Below are positions 30,299 to 39,631 of a stretch of 64,000 nt of DNA, one piece after another (position 1 is the first letter of the stretch; the number at the start of each line of letters is the position of its first letter). Origin of the DNA: a virus; the IMG/VR virus record IMGVR_UViG_3300027917_000023; one strand, given 5' to 3'. Position numbers and translations under genes: made by a program. The notes under the pieces are model-generated. The model was not told the DNA's origin. It saw only the letters and a list, made by a program, of their open reading frames with translations, and did no database searches.

Positions 30299-30783
30299 GT
30301 CAGCCTCTTGACCAAATCATCAGATTTCTGTTTATATTTTGATTTCCATTTTTTTAATATCACAAGCCTATCTTTTGATTTTGCTATTATTCCTTCAGAA
30401 TGTTTTATTTCACTATTGATAAATTCTGATTCCATTTTACACATAAACTCAATTAAATCAGACAAATAATTGGGGTTGTGCAATTTGATGGTGGCACTCC
30501 GATTAAGCCCTTGTGATACATATAAGGAACCATCGTCCACAATAGCATCAAATACACTGCCACCCGGCAATTTCAGGGCAAGCATCCATCTGTTCGATCT
30601 CTCATTGTACCTCAACGTAGAATAACTTTCATCATCAAAAAACTTTCCAATCTCTTCTAATATCATTTTAGATTGCCCAGCTGCTGCAGCCAAATCTTCT
30701 GCCTTCTTTCGGCGTTCGATTTCATCTATCAACTGCTTCGTACCATATCTTGATAATTCTTTACCCATGATGACCTCGTGCAC
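30250..30783 (-). CDS. hypothetical protein
   Basis: 177-aa ORF. Confidence 0.4.
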   Translation of the reverse strand: MHEVIMGKELSRYGTKQLIDEIERRKKAEDLAAAAGQSKMILEEIGKFFDDESYSTLRYNERSNRWMLALKLPGGSVFDAIVDDGSLYVSQGLNRSATIKLHNPNYLSDLIEFMCKMESEFINSEIKHSEGIIAKSKDRLVILKKWKSKYKQKSDDLVKRLTWDTSSQQMSTTDTEI

Positions 30784-31116
30784 CTAGTAACTGTCGAGCA
30801 TTCCAGCTTTGAGTAAATTTACAATTATCCAGTGGCCATCCTCGGCCTCTTCATATGTATGATATCGTTCTTGAAATTCATCGTGTTGCCCACCGAATAT
30901 CATGGTCTCAAATAAAACCGGACCATGATTACCGAAAGCATGGTCTAACGCAAGAAACACAGTGCTGACATGTACTTTTTCGCCGTCAATCATGAGTTCG
31001 TCAAACTTAACTTTTCTAGAATTCTCTTTACGATAGAAGGTACCCCACTCTTTCACATCAGATACTTTCTTCGGTGTCTTACCGACTAAAATATAAAAAT
31101 CGTTGTTCATCGCCAT
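30784..31116 (-). CDS. hypothetical protein
   Basis: 110-aa ORF. Confidence 0.4.
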   Translation of the reverse strand: MAMNNDFYILVGKTPKKVSDVKEWGTFYRKENSRKVKFDELMIDGEKVHVSTVFLALDHAFGNHGPVLFETMIFGGQHDEFQERYHTYEEAEDGHWIIVNLLKAGMLDSY

Positions 31117-31119
31117 TCC

Positions 31120-31485
31120 TTATGGGTATGTATAAAGCAACACCGCCAACACAATAAAAAATGTGACCATAATAGGAACAAAAAAGAACAAAGCCGACCG
31201 CAACGCCAAACTGTAATACATTTTACTTCTAGCTGCATTACACATATTAATAATGTGTGGGAAACTGTTTGGGTTATAAATATTCAATGTTTTGGAATTG
31301 GATGGCGTTATCTCAATCTCAATATTATTATGGCTGCTACAGAAGCACCCGATTGGTCTGCGGCCAAATGGGGTATTAACCAGAATGACATGCCCGGCAT
31401 CGAATTCAGACTCTCTAATATCAAAACCGTTTTCTTTCAGATAACGAATAACACAAACTTGCACTTCATCGTTCATAGCGGACAC
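31120..31485 (-). CDS. hypothetical protein with C-terminal transmembrane helix
   Basis: LFFFVPIMVTFFIVLAVLLY hydrophobic tail. Confidence 0.4.
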   Translation of the reverse strand: MSAMNDEVQVCVIRYLKENGFDIRESEFDAGHVILVNTPFGRRPIGCFCSSHNNIEIEITPSNSKTLNIYNPNSFPHIINMCNAARSKMYYSLALRSALFFFVPIMVTFFIVLAVLLYTYP

Positions 31486-31503
31486 CTCATTCCGAGATTT
31501 TCA

Positions 31504-32643
31504 TTAGCACTCACGGCCATTCTTCTCACAAATCACAATGCTTTTATATGTCTCAAGCATCTTTATACTGCCATCATTAATAAATTCACTTACAAGTTTG
31601 TTGGCTTCACGGTAATGATTAGAACCAACAAAGAAACATAACAACCCATTTGGCGTCAGTTTATTAACAAACATCCTGAGCAATTCTAAGTCAGTCATTT
31701 GCCCGTAGTCACTATCCCCCCTGGAGTATTCGCATAAATGGAACAAACTCACAATATCAAACTGAGGCAACAACTCCGGATTTAATAGATATATGTCACC
31801 AAACAGAACTTTGTACCGCTTAGCCAGACTTGGGTCATTTTTAATCTCTTTCATATAAATGTTATATTCTTCAGCTGAAGCTGTAATACCCAGCACAATA
31901 TTATTAGTTGCCATCTTGCCTAATTTGTGGTGGGCTCCGGTTCCAAAATGGAATACAATTTTGTTCTTTGCATTACGCTCAGTAAGATAATCCGCCAGGT
32001 GAATGTCACATTCAACGCCTTTGGTTAACTTCCAAGACCTGTTGTACGTGTTTAATGTCTTATTAGTGTTGAGAACATCATACCGCTCAATCTTACTTCT
32101 AACCGATTTGTGATAATATAAAAGTGCTTCCCATTTTTCTACGTCACGCCCATCTATCTTGACCGAATTTGTCTTATAATTCTTGAGCCATTGCATCTTT
32201 TTGTCATATAAAGCGTCATCCATACGCAATGAAAATTTGCCGTTTGGATTTGAACAGATTATAGGGCCGCCATACAATTCAACAACTTGGCGATGAATTG
32301 ACCTATGGTGTTGGTGCCCATAATTGCCATGCGTAACCACAACATCAAATCGAGCCAAATCTAGTGCTCGCAATTCAGCCAATCTGTCAAGTTTTAAGCG
32401 GCAATGTGGCTCTGGTTTGTCAATATAATGGCATGGTAAACCAATATAGGAGCATGCTCTTGCGAAATCGTATCGTCTGTTTACTTCTAACAGATTGCTA
32501 GGATAACTACAACATATTATGTGCCACTTTATGTTGATAGTCTTTAGAATTAAACCACCAAACCAACACACTTCATCATCGGGATGTGCAACAACGACAC
32601 AGCCATTTGATGGATTAATCTGTTTTAAAACATTAACCACCAT
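31504..32643 (-). CDS. PIG-L/LmbE-family deacetylase fused to a Rossmann (methyltransferase-like) domain
   Basis: N-terminal VVAHPDDE and HGNYGHQHH zinc-deacetylase motifs; C-terminal VFHFGTGAH Rossmann-like segment. Confidence 0.55.
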   Translation of the reverse strand: MVVNVLKQINPSNGCVVVAHPDDEVCWFGGLILKTINIKWHIICCSYPSNLLEVNRRYDFARACSYIGLPCHYIDKPEPHCRLKLDRLAELRALDLARFDVVVTHGNYGHQHHRSIHRQVVELYGGPIICSNPNGKFSLRMDDALYDKKMQWLKNYKTNSVKIDGRDVEKWEALLYYHKSVRSKIERYDVLNTNKTLNTYNRSWKLTKGVECDIHLADYLTERNAKNKIVFHFGTGAHHKLGKMATNNIVLGITASAEEYNIYMKEIKNDPSLAKRYKVLFGDIYLLNPELLPQFDIVSLFHLCEYSRGDSDYGQMTDLELLRMFVNKLTPNGLLCFFVGSNHYREANKLVSEFINDGSIKMLETYKSIVICEKNGREC

Positions 32644-32769
32644 GTTATTCGAAATGCCTTCCTTTGGTTAATCACCCAACCAAATATAGATCACCATTGC
32701 GATGTTCAGAGCCAGCATTACAACACAGGAAATTATCCAGGGTTCCACTTCGCACGCTTATTCTACAAT

Positions 32770-33027
32770 TTACATCATATCAATAGCCATGTTGGACATT
32801 TTCTGAATTATCCGACCGTTAGTTTTTTGCATGCGTTCATCAAGAGCGTTTCTAGATATCAGCATAATATTATCCATATCTGCTGCATTCATAATCATTC
32901 CACTCTTCCGAAATACCAATACTGGGTCTTTTACTTTGATTCCTATCTTATCAGCCATAAGTTTAGATATTGCTTCGATCAGACGCTCACACGAAATTTC
33001 GACCGACTCTTCATATTTCTCATCCAT
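32770..33027 (-). CDS. hypothetical protein
   Basis: 85-aa ORF. Confidence 0.35.
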   Translation of the reverse strand: MDEKYEESVEISCERLIEAISKLMADKIGIKVKDPVLVFRKSGMIMNAADMDNIMLISRNALDERMQKTNGRIIQKMSNMAIDMM

Positions 33028-33304
33028 TCAATTCTGGCTCCTCATTTAGCTGGCCTTCGTAATGCACCCAAGTACTCTTTAACCGTTTGATTATTTCATC
33101 TCTGCGATAACGAGCTGGCATTTTGCCTTTCTTGAACCTTCTGACATCCTGCACGGAGACGCCCAAATGTTCTGCCACCATCTGGTCAGTCATTTTGCCG
33201 TCACAACATCGATACAGATTGTTTATTTTGGTTTTAAAATCCTCAGGTGTCATATAATTATTCAATTTGCACCTCGACGCCATACCGTTTGAATAGTTCG
33301 GCAA
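33020..33304 (-). CDS. hypothetical protein (possible HTH)
   Basis: 94-aa ORF; MTDQMVAEHLGVSVQDVRRFKKG HTH-like. Confidence 0.4.
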   Translation of the reverse strand: MPNYSNGMASRCKLNNYMTPEDFKTKINNLYRCCDGKMTDQMVAEHLGVSVQDVRRFKKGKMPARYRRDEIIKRLKSTWVHYEGQLNEEPELNG

Positions 33305-33635
33305 CTATAATCCGGTGGCAAAAATCTCCCTTTTTGCACCAACAAAATAAAACATCACCATCCATTAATTGCCTTATTATACTATTGATGTATGTGTCGG
33401 ACGGCGCTATTTTAATCACATAACGTTCTGTATATTCTTCCTCATTAATTTGTCCACGTTTGTACCCATTGACCAAATCCCATCCAGGAACAAGTTCATG
33501 GATCTTGAGATCATAATGTACACCCCTTGGCTCGCTAGTGCTGATGCTAACAACACGAGTAGCCTCTTTGAGTGCTTTTTTATTAAACCAGCTAGCGACT
33601 GCTATTTTCATCACATTTTGCTCAGTCGATCCCAT
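33258..33635 (-). CDS. hypothetical protein
   Basis: 125-aa ORF. Confidence 0.4.
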   Translation of the reverse strand: MGSTEQNVMKIAVASWFNKKALKEATRVVSISTSEPRGVHYDLKIHELVPGWDLVNGYKRGQINEEEYTERYVIKIAPSDTYINSIIRQLMDGDVLFCWCKKGDFCHRIIVAELFKRYGVEVQIE

Positions 33636-33949
33636 GCCATTTCAAGCAATTCCGTAGCAGGAGCTCCAGAATCTACTCTCTTAGTTGCCTCGGCCATAAT
33701 TTCGTTGAATTCATCATTTAATCTGAAGAATCTGGCGGCATCCTTAAACTGTTTTAGCCAAAACAATGCAAGGAACAGAAAAACAGCCACAACACCATAG
33801 GACAAAGTGTACACACCATTAGCAACAAACAAACAACAAAAGAAAACCATAAAATATGGCAAGAAAATTCGAAAATTCCTATTCATCCTCTTCATCCTCG
33901 TCTCTTTTTTCTCCCCTGGCTCTGCATCTATCCCTAAAATCAAGTACAA
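33611..33949 (-). CDS. small membrane protein
   Basis: Two hydrophobic helices (FLPYFMVFFCCLFVANGVYTLSYGVVAVFLFLALFWL). Confidence 0.4.
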   Translation of the reverse strand: MYLILGIDAEPGEKKETRMKRMNRNFRIFLPYFMVFFCCLFVANGVYTLSYGVVAVFLFLALFWLKQFKDAARFFRLNDEFNEIMAEATKRVDSGAPATELLEMAWDRLSKM

Positions 33950-34334
33950 TACTCCTGTATTTCCTTAATGATGGCGTGTCGCTTAATATCACAAAAGCAG
34001 CTTGATCGTCGCCATCGGCTAGGCAATTTAAAACAACTTCCATGTGTGCTATCGTGCCAGCGCTTTCCCCATTTTCTTTTAAATACCAGATGATTGCCTC
34101 TATATCTTCTTCGTTGGTGTATTCATCAACACCGCTTGGTTTTGGGTTGAACACTGCAAAAAGCGCACACAAAAAAAATACGATTGCCAACGAAACAAAA
34201 ATAACTGCCATTGTCGCTTTGGACATCGTCCTAACAGTTATGATTTCATCGCATTTCTTACACGCAAATTTCTTGCCGACATTCTTATCGGCAACTTTGT
34301 ATTTCTGGCCACACTTACATGATAATTCTACCAT
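33879..34334 (-). CDS. zinc-ribbon membrane protein
   Basis: CKCGQK...CKKC ribbon then TM helix AVIFVSLAIVFFLCALFAVF. Confidence 0.4.
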   Translation of the reverse strand: MVELSCKCGQKYKVADKNVGKKFACKKCDEIITVRTMSKATMAVIFVSLAIVFFLCALFAVFNPKPSGVDEYTNEEDIEAIIWYLKENGESAGTIAHMEVVLNCLADGDDQAAFVILSDTPSLRKYRSIVLDFRDRCRARGEKRDEDEEDE

Positions 34335-34337
34335 TTT

Positions 34338-34979
34338 TCATCCTTTCAGATCAATAACGATAGGATTGTTTGTGGGTTTATAACGTGCTGTGCACGTGCT
34401 AGCATTAATAAATGCCGTAGACTGCCCAATTACAGCACCATGTCCTTCATGGATGTGCCCAAAAATATGGAATTTTGGTTTAATGTTGTTGATAACATCT
34501 AAAAGGTCGGCGCATCCTACTTTTTCATCACGTTTCGTAAGATCACCATATCCTGCTGGAGGACCATGGGTTACTAAAACATCTGTATCATATGGAATTT
34601 TGTCCCACATTTTTCGTATCTCTGGGCCTCTCTGCAGGTTAAATGCCCAATCAAAAAACCAGGGTTGCCAAGGCGATCCATAAAATTTTATACCACCAAT
34701 ATCAATCCCCGAATCATGCAAGTATATGCAATTCGTAAGAATGTTTTCGCTATTTTCTCTGTCGTGTTCGAAACAGAAATCATGATTGCCAGCGATAACG
34801 ATTTTAAACTCATATGGCATCGACCCAAGCCAATCGTTAAAATCTTTAAGAGTTTCAATTTCACCACTCATAGTGATATCACCAGCATGGATTAACATAT
34901 CACCTTCCGGCATCTTGACAGACCTGTGGAAGCCGTGTGTGTCGCTGATAATAACAGCTCGCATTTGCTTGCCTTTCAA
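34338..34979 (-). CDS. metallophosphoesterase (YfcE/MJ0936-like)
   Basis: ISDTHG, HAGDIT, GNHD, THGPP, GHIHEGHG motifs. Confidence 0.7.
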   Translation of the reverse strand: MKGKQMRAVIISDTHGFHRSVKMPEGDMLIHAGDITMSGEIETLKDFNDWLGSMPYEFKIVIAGNHDFCFEHDRENSENILTNCIYLHDSGIDIGGIKFYGSPWQPWFFDWAFNLQRGPEIRKMWDKIPYDTDVLVTHGPPAGYGDLTKRDEKVGCADLLDVINNIKPKFHIFGHIHEGHGAVIGQSTAFINASTCTARYKPTNNPIVIDLKG

Positions 34980-35359
34980 TCCTTTGCGTCCACACCTAAG
35001 ACGGACTCACCGTTGTTTGTGTAGGTTTTCAGAGCCTTCTCTACTTCTCCCAGGCCACAATCACATTCCCCATCGCCGTGAACGGAGCGGCATGTGCCAG
35101 CGTGGAATCCACCATGCTCCCTTACAGCCTCTGCCAGCGCATCGGCAAGGGCAAGGCGTTTGCACACCCGCTTGTAACTATCAATCAATTCATCCCGCTC
35201 CTCCCGCAGGGCATCGAAGGCTGCGAGGATGAAAGATCCCATTGGGTGATTCACGCCAATCATCTTGATGAGGGTTTCCCGGTCTATTGTGTCCATCTTA
35301 AATCTCCGATTATTCTTTCCAATCGAAGACCAACGCGGGGCTGTCGTGCCGGGAAGCAC
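34976..35359 (-). CDS. hypothetical protein
   Basis: 127-aa ORF with HGDGECDCGLG Cys/His patch. Confidence 0.4.
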   Translation of the reverse strand: MLPGTTAPRWSSIGKNNRRFKMDTIDRETLIKMIGVNHPMGSFILAAFDALREERDELIDSYKRVCKRLALADALAEAVREHGGFHAGTCRSVHGDGECDCGLGEVEKALKTYTNNGESVLGVDAKD

Positions 35360-35604
35360 CCGTTCTCGTCCATGTGCCCAAGTTCAAACAACCGATCATC
35401 TAACAGTCTGCTCCAAGCCTAACAGCCAACAGATAAGTCGTCCGATTGTTGGCCTACTAATATAGCCGATCAAGCTCCAGATGTTATACAATATGCGATA
35501 ATGCCATGGAAGTGAATAATAATATAATGCTTCACCACCACTATACCAATACAAAAACCATCTCTTTTTAATTGGCTCGGGCATCAATGGGCTCCATAAG
35601 GCGA

Positions 35605-35886
35605 TTATATCCATGTGGAGGGTTCGGCCAACTTTTTGGCAAAATTCAGGTCAACGTTAGATATCAATTCCAAAAATTCAAAATTATCCAAATTGAACGT
35701 TTCTCTGGAGATTCCAGGGTATGCAAATCCACGTGCTATCTCAAAACATCTAAGGCATATTCTTGGCGCGAAGATGCCACCGATAACGTTTATTTCTCGA
35801 CAGGCTTCCCGGGACGCATAAAGCCAGCGATGTCCTCGCGCCCAGCATACGAATTTACGCAAACTAGCCAATATCTCTTCCCGCAT
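35605..35886 (-). CDS. hypothetical protein
   Basis: 93-aa ORF in a gene-poor stretch. Confidence 0.3.
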   Translation of the reverse strand: MREEILASLRKFVCWARGHRWLYASREACREINVIGGIFAPRICLRCFEIARGFAYPGISRETFNLDNFEFLELISNVDLNFAKKLAEPSTWI

Positions 35887-35940
35887 TTATGGCATACTAC
35901 AACCGAATAAGACCCAAGCCCGCATTCTTGATCATGACTA

Positions 35941-35948
35941 TATTTATA
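35941..35948 (-). promoter_or_regulatory. TATAAATA late-promoter-like motif
   Basis: plus tatttata; about 55 nt upstream of minus-strand ORF starting 35886. Confidence 0.2.
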
Positions 35949-35996
35949 AGCATAACAGTTGTCTTAACCATTTTATGACATCAATGTGCAGCAAAT

Positions 35997-36302
35997 TCAT
36001 GCAGGCCTAGACAATTTAGCTGCGATACCAGGATACTCAGCCAACATTTCAAATAGTCTAAATGGCTTCAACCCTATCGTGAGTGGCACATCGGAAATGG
36101 TGCAAATTTTGAACAGCTCAGTCGTTGGTGACATTCTAATTATCAAAAAATCGCAAGAGATGCCCTGGCCCAGCCAAGTTTGATGATGGCCATAAGATAT
36201 TGTCCAAAAATGGTCGTAGCCATCTGTGCTTAATAGCCGCCCATGCATTCCGATACTGTTTAAAATCGTTATGGCTAGTCTAGTATTGCATTCCATGCTC
36301 AA
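35997..36302 (-). CDS. hypothetical protein
   Basis: 101-aa ORF. Confidence 0.3.
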   Translation of the reverse strand: MSMECNTRLAITILNSIGMHGRLLSTDGYDHFWTISYGHHQTWLGQGISCDFLIIRMSPTTELFKICTISDVPLTIGLKPFRLFEMLAEYPGIAAKLSRPA

Positions 36303-36616
36303 ATCTCATGGCCACACGGTGGTGTTGGCCGCAGCTTGCCGCAACACGACTCATATAATTTATTGCTGCCACAAGGACACTTGTCTTCATACAAAATTTT
36401 GTCTACACAGCAATCATTCATCAACTTAATGTTCACCCCAGGTTTACCAAGCGCAATCATAATTAATGCAAAACCTTTCCTAATAGTATGAAATTTACCG
36501 TTGATATTCACAATCGACCACGCATGATACTCAGGGTCATTATAATCTTCTTCCAACACTTTAAACATGGCCATTAGCTCTTTGTCAGTGAAATAACTTC
36601 TCAGCTTAGACATCAT
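36299..36616 (-). CDS. SEC-C motif metal-binding protein
   Basis: C-terminal CPCGSNKLYESCCGKL matches SEC-C (CPCGS-x-K-x-Y-x-x-CCG) motif; start moved to internal MMSKL to avoid 125-bp overlap. Confidence 0.5.
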   Translation of the reverse strand: MMSKLRSYFTDKELMAMFKVLEEDYNDPEYHAWSIVNINGKFHTIRKGFALIMIALGKPGVNIKLMNDCCVDKILYEDKCPCGSNKLYESCCGKLRPTPPCGHEI

Positions 36617-36632
36617 TTCCTCATAACGAAAA

Positions 36633-36839
36633 TCAGGAACGCAAGAAATCCAAAGCCTTCTGAAGCCTTGCGGCAATATCTCCTTCTTCAGGACTAAGTA
36701 AAATAATTCCGTTTCCTTCCACACAAACATGCGTATACCCGACATTATACAGAACAAGCAAGGCTTTAGTCAGGTCGTCCTCATTTGGAACGACTAAACG
36801 GCCACATTCTACACAATTGCCGCGCCCATCAGTTTTCAT
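36633..36839 (-). CDS. hypothetical small protein
   Basis: Internal Met start gives ATGA stop/start overlap with upstream gene. Confidence 0.4.
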   Translation of the reverse strand: MKTDGRGNCVECGRLVVPNEDDLTKALLVLYNVGYTHVCVEGNGIILLSPEEGDIAARLQKALDFLRS

Positions 36840-37063
36840 GTCAGCCTCTCCCACTGCCATTTTCCATCGGTAGTGTCTCGTACTTCATCCAATTTACTCA
36901 GCAGAATATTTACCGCCTCGCATAGCTTGCAGATCGTAATAGCATTTTTGTCACCAGCAAGGCAGCCTTTCATCGCCGAATGTGCATGATATTCATCACA
37001 ACTTACTCTTACAAGCTTCTTGGCCTCATTGTAAACTTTATTAATCGCTTCTTCGAGTTTCAT
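36836..37063 (-). CDS. hypothetical small protein
   Basis: Start at MKLEE with GGAGG RBS and ATGA overlap with upstream stop. Confidence 0.45.
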   Translation of the reverse strand: MKLEEAINKVYNEAKKLVRVSCDEYHAHSAMKGCLAGDKNAITICKLCEAVNILLSKLDEVRDTTDGKWQWERLT

Positions 37064-37449
37064 TTGACCTCCATAACCTCTTCCCAGATATGATGAGCGC
37101 TTATTCCCAAACATAAGCCCGCCTCTTCTATCCACGGGCAGAAAGCATCACGAACGAAAGTGTCACCATTTCCGTTGTTCAATTCTTTATACTTTTCGAT
37201 CAACCTATACATGCTTTTGACCCGATCGAGATAAGTAGCCTTCCTTGAGACAACCGACTTGTAAAATTGCTTGCATGCTTCGGTGAGAGCTATGTCCTTT
37301 GGGCCTGCCTCGCCACCACCCCCATCAATAACCCAAACTTCTGGCCCGTATATTTCAAGCTTTCTGGTTCTGATAACATCAGATGTTTCAACGATTACGA
37401 GCTCTGAGCCGCTAATTTGCCCATTACAAAATTTCCATCGTTCCATCAT
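37060..37449 (-). CDS. hypothetical protein
   Basis: 129-aa ORF, coupled. Confidence 0.45.
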   Translation of the reverse strand: MMERWKFCNGQISGSELVIVETSDVIRTRKLEIYGPEVWVIDGGGGEAGPKDIALTEACKQFYKSVVSRKATYLDRVKSMYRLIEKYKELNNGNGDTFVRDAFCPWIEEAGLCLGISAHHIWEEVMEVK

Positions 37450-37697
37450 GGTCCTTTTGTCAACAATTCTAAAATTCTTGGGAAACTATTTGGGTTATGA
37501 AGGTCTATAACGAATTCCCAATTGACCAATCCTTCCGACCAAACGCGAGCTTGTAGATCTTCTACATAAATCCTAACCATAGAAAAATGTCGTCCCAGCA
37601 TCAGGTGCTGTGGTGGTTTCCCATCAAACCTTTCAAAATAACCAGTAGTAATGCCATTTTCCTTTAAATATTTAGCTATAGCAAATATGGCGTTCAC
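37446..37697 (-). CDS. hypothetical protein
   Basis: 83-aa ORF, 4-bp overlaps on both sides. Confidence 0.4.
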   Translation of the reverse strand: MNAIFAIAKYLKENGITTGYFERFDGKPPQHLMLGRHFSMVRIYVEDLQARVWSEGLVNWEFVIDLHNPNSFPRILELLTKGP

Positions 37698-38065
37698 ATT
37701 GGCTCCGCTAGTTTCGTTCTAACCTTCGGATATCTCTCGGCTAGTGCAGATAGTAGTTCAAAACCACGCAGTAAATATTGCTCAGGAACAGAATTGGGCA
37801 TCCCAATGCAAAATCTTTCTTTGAACATAACAACAACATCAGAATGTTCAATGTGCCAATAAACTACTTCTGCAGCCGAAATGACACCACGACGATACGA
37901 AGGCAATAGCGCCTTGCGACGTTTACCCAATCTATCCAGCACCACAATTGTCGATTCAGTCTCGGTCATATCTTCGGAACCACGCAGGGAAGATCGTATA
38001 GTATAAAGCATTTCTGCCATTAAACATCTCAGCGTATGCTTCCATAAACCTCTTAAGCCTTCCAA
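37694..38065 (-). CDS. hypothetical protein (start likely at an internal Met near 37969)
   Basis: ORF overlaps the upstream gene by 110 bp unless internal Met MTETEST is used. Confidence 0.4.
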   Translation of the reverse strand: MEGLRGLWKHTLRCLMAEMLYTIRSSLRGSEDMTETESTIVVLDRLGKRRKALLPSYRRGVISAAEVVYWHIEHSDVVVMFKERFCIGMPNSVPEQYLLRGFELLSALAERYPKVRTKLAEPM

Positions 38066-38354
38066 AGGCCTCTTTATCGTATATTCCTGCTCGCAATGAC
38101 GGGTGGGTCTTATGTGTGTATAAAATCACTTCTTCTTTATAAACTTCTAGTCGCGCCTCTGTGTCTTGGCCATTCCAGAAAATTTTGATCTCTGCGGGGC
38201 CGCCCCCATTTTGTGTGGTTGTTGTATACCCAATATCATGAAGCCAGCACAACATGATGTGTAGGAGGTTATGCTCTTCATCGAAAGCCCGGCATTTAGC
38301 CTTCTTTTGGCCATGTGCGTTTGATTTCGTCATCGGCATACTTCCAGAGGCCAT
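37956..38354 (-). CDS. hypothetical protein
   Basis: 132-aa ORF. Confidence 0.4.
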   Translation of the reverse strand: MASGSMPMTKSNAHGQKKAKCRAFDEEHNLLHIMLCWLHDIGYTTTTQNGGGPAEIKIFWNGQDTEARLEVYKEEVILYTHKTHPSLRAGIYDKEAFGRLKRFMEAYAEMFNGRNALYYTIFPAWFRRYDRD

Positions 38355-39102
38355 CTTTAATGTAGTAAGCCTGCTTGCCGTGAAGCTTATTCAATGTGTC
38401 TTTCAGGAACGTTGCCCAATTGAGCTTGTTATAGAGACCTAGGTCCCATCTTTTATCTACTGTCCCTATTTTAATCTTATCAATCTTTCCGACCAATGAA
38501 TCAATCACCTTTAACGCTTCAGCTGTGTCGATCACAGGTTCCAGACTAACCCAAGTTTGAAGTCCAGCGGCTCGCATATTAGCCAATGTTTCAAACCTAT
38601 CTGCAATAGGACTAGCATTTGGCTCTAACTTCTGCCTGATATTCTCATCAATAAAGCAGATGGTGGTAGCAAATTCAATATCGTATTTCTTGAAGAGGTT
38701 GAAATCTCGCATGGCCATGCTACTCTTTGTTAAAATAGTCATCGGGACTCCATGTTTTCCCATGACATTGATCGCCTGTTGTGTCAGCAGAAGTGTGCTT
38801 TCTAGGGGCTGGTAAGGATCAGAGGTGAAACTCATCAAGACCCTGTCGGTTCCATTGAACCTTTTTGCTTCATTTCCAAGCTGATGTAAGAGATTCTTTA
38901 CCCTTTTGGCTTCGCTTAATGTTGCTTTACCCCTCACAGTTGGTAAATCAAATAACTTCTTTTTCTCGTCTTTCTTGGCTCCCTGATATGCAAAGTAAGG
39001 TGCATAACAATATTCGCACTTGTGACCACATCCCTTGTAGAGATTACAAGCCAGGTTGGAATATTCCAGGGCAGGTCCTTTTGGTTTGTAGATCAGGCTC
39101 AT
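38296..39102 (-). CDS. radical SAM protein, SplB/COG1533-like
   Basis: CGHKCEYCY (CxxxCxxC immediately followed by Y) as in spore-photoproduct-lyase-like radical SAM proteins. Confidence 0.55.
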   Translation of the reverse strand: MSLIYKPKGPALEYSNLACNLYKGCGHKCEYCYAPYFAYQGAKKDEKKKLFDLPTVRGKATLSEAKRVKNLLHQLGNEAKRFNGTDRVLMSFTSDPYQPLESTLLLTQQAINVMGKHGVPMTILTKSSMAMRDFNLFKKYDIEFATTICFIDENIRQKLEPNASPIADRFETLANMRAAGLQTWVSLEPVIDTAEALKVIDSLVGKIDKIKIGTVDKRWDLGLYNKLNWATFLKDTLNKLHGKQAYYIKDGLWKYADDEIKRTWPKEG

Positions 39103-39364
39103 TTAACTCCTTTCGTCGCCAGAGAAACAAAGGTATACAAACCTGCTGTGCGTTTCACAGTAAATTAGTTGATTCATTATAATCACTTGGCGACGGATCA
39201 ACAGCGGTCAAGTTGGGCATTTCCTGCAAGCCGCCCCAGTGCGCGGCCCAGTGCCTCGGCATACGCCTGGGCCATGAGGTACTCCCCGTTCCGGCAGAAT
39301 CCCCGTATTTTTTCCATGATTTCTTCGGCTTCTTCCATTTTTACTCTCCCAATCATTTGACCGA

Positions 39365-39631
39365 TTACCATTTCAGTTTGCCCGGTTCCTGCGTTCGGGA
39401 ATAAAGAGCCCGCATTGTGACGAGGGCCTTCGCTTCCCGTAGGATTTCCTCATGAAGGAGCTTAATCCGTTCCTCACAGTCTGCGGGCATAGGGGCCAAC
39501 CATGTTTTCCCGTCATCATCGAGGAAAGCCCCGAACAAGGATGCTTCTGCCCACCTTGAGGCCGCCCGAACGACGCGCTCCCTCTGGGCCGATAACATTT
39601 CTTCCTGGTCTTTTGTCAGTTCTTCCATCAT
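39365..39631 (-). CDS. hypothetical protein
   Basis: Start moved to internal MMEEL; overlaps a second frame ORF. Confidence 0.35.
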   Translation of the reverse strand: MMEELTKDQEEMLSAQRERVVRAASRWAEASLFGAFLDDDGKTWLAPMPADCEERIKLLHEEILREAKALVTMRALYSRTQEPGKLKW

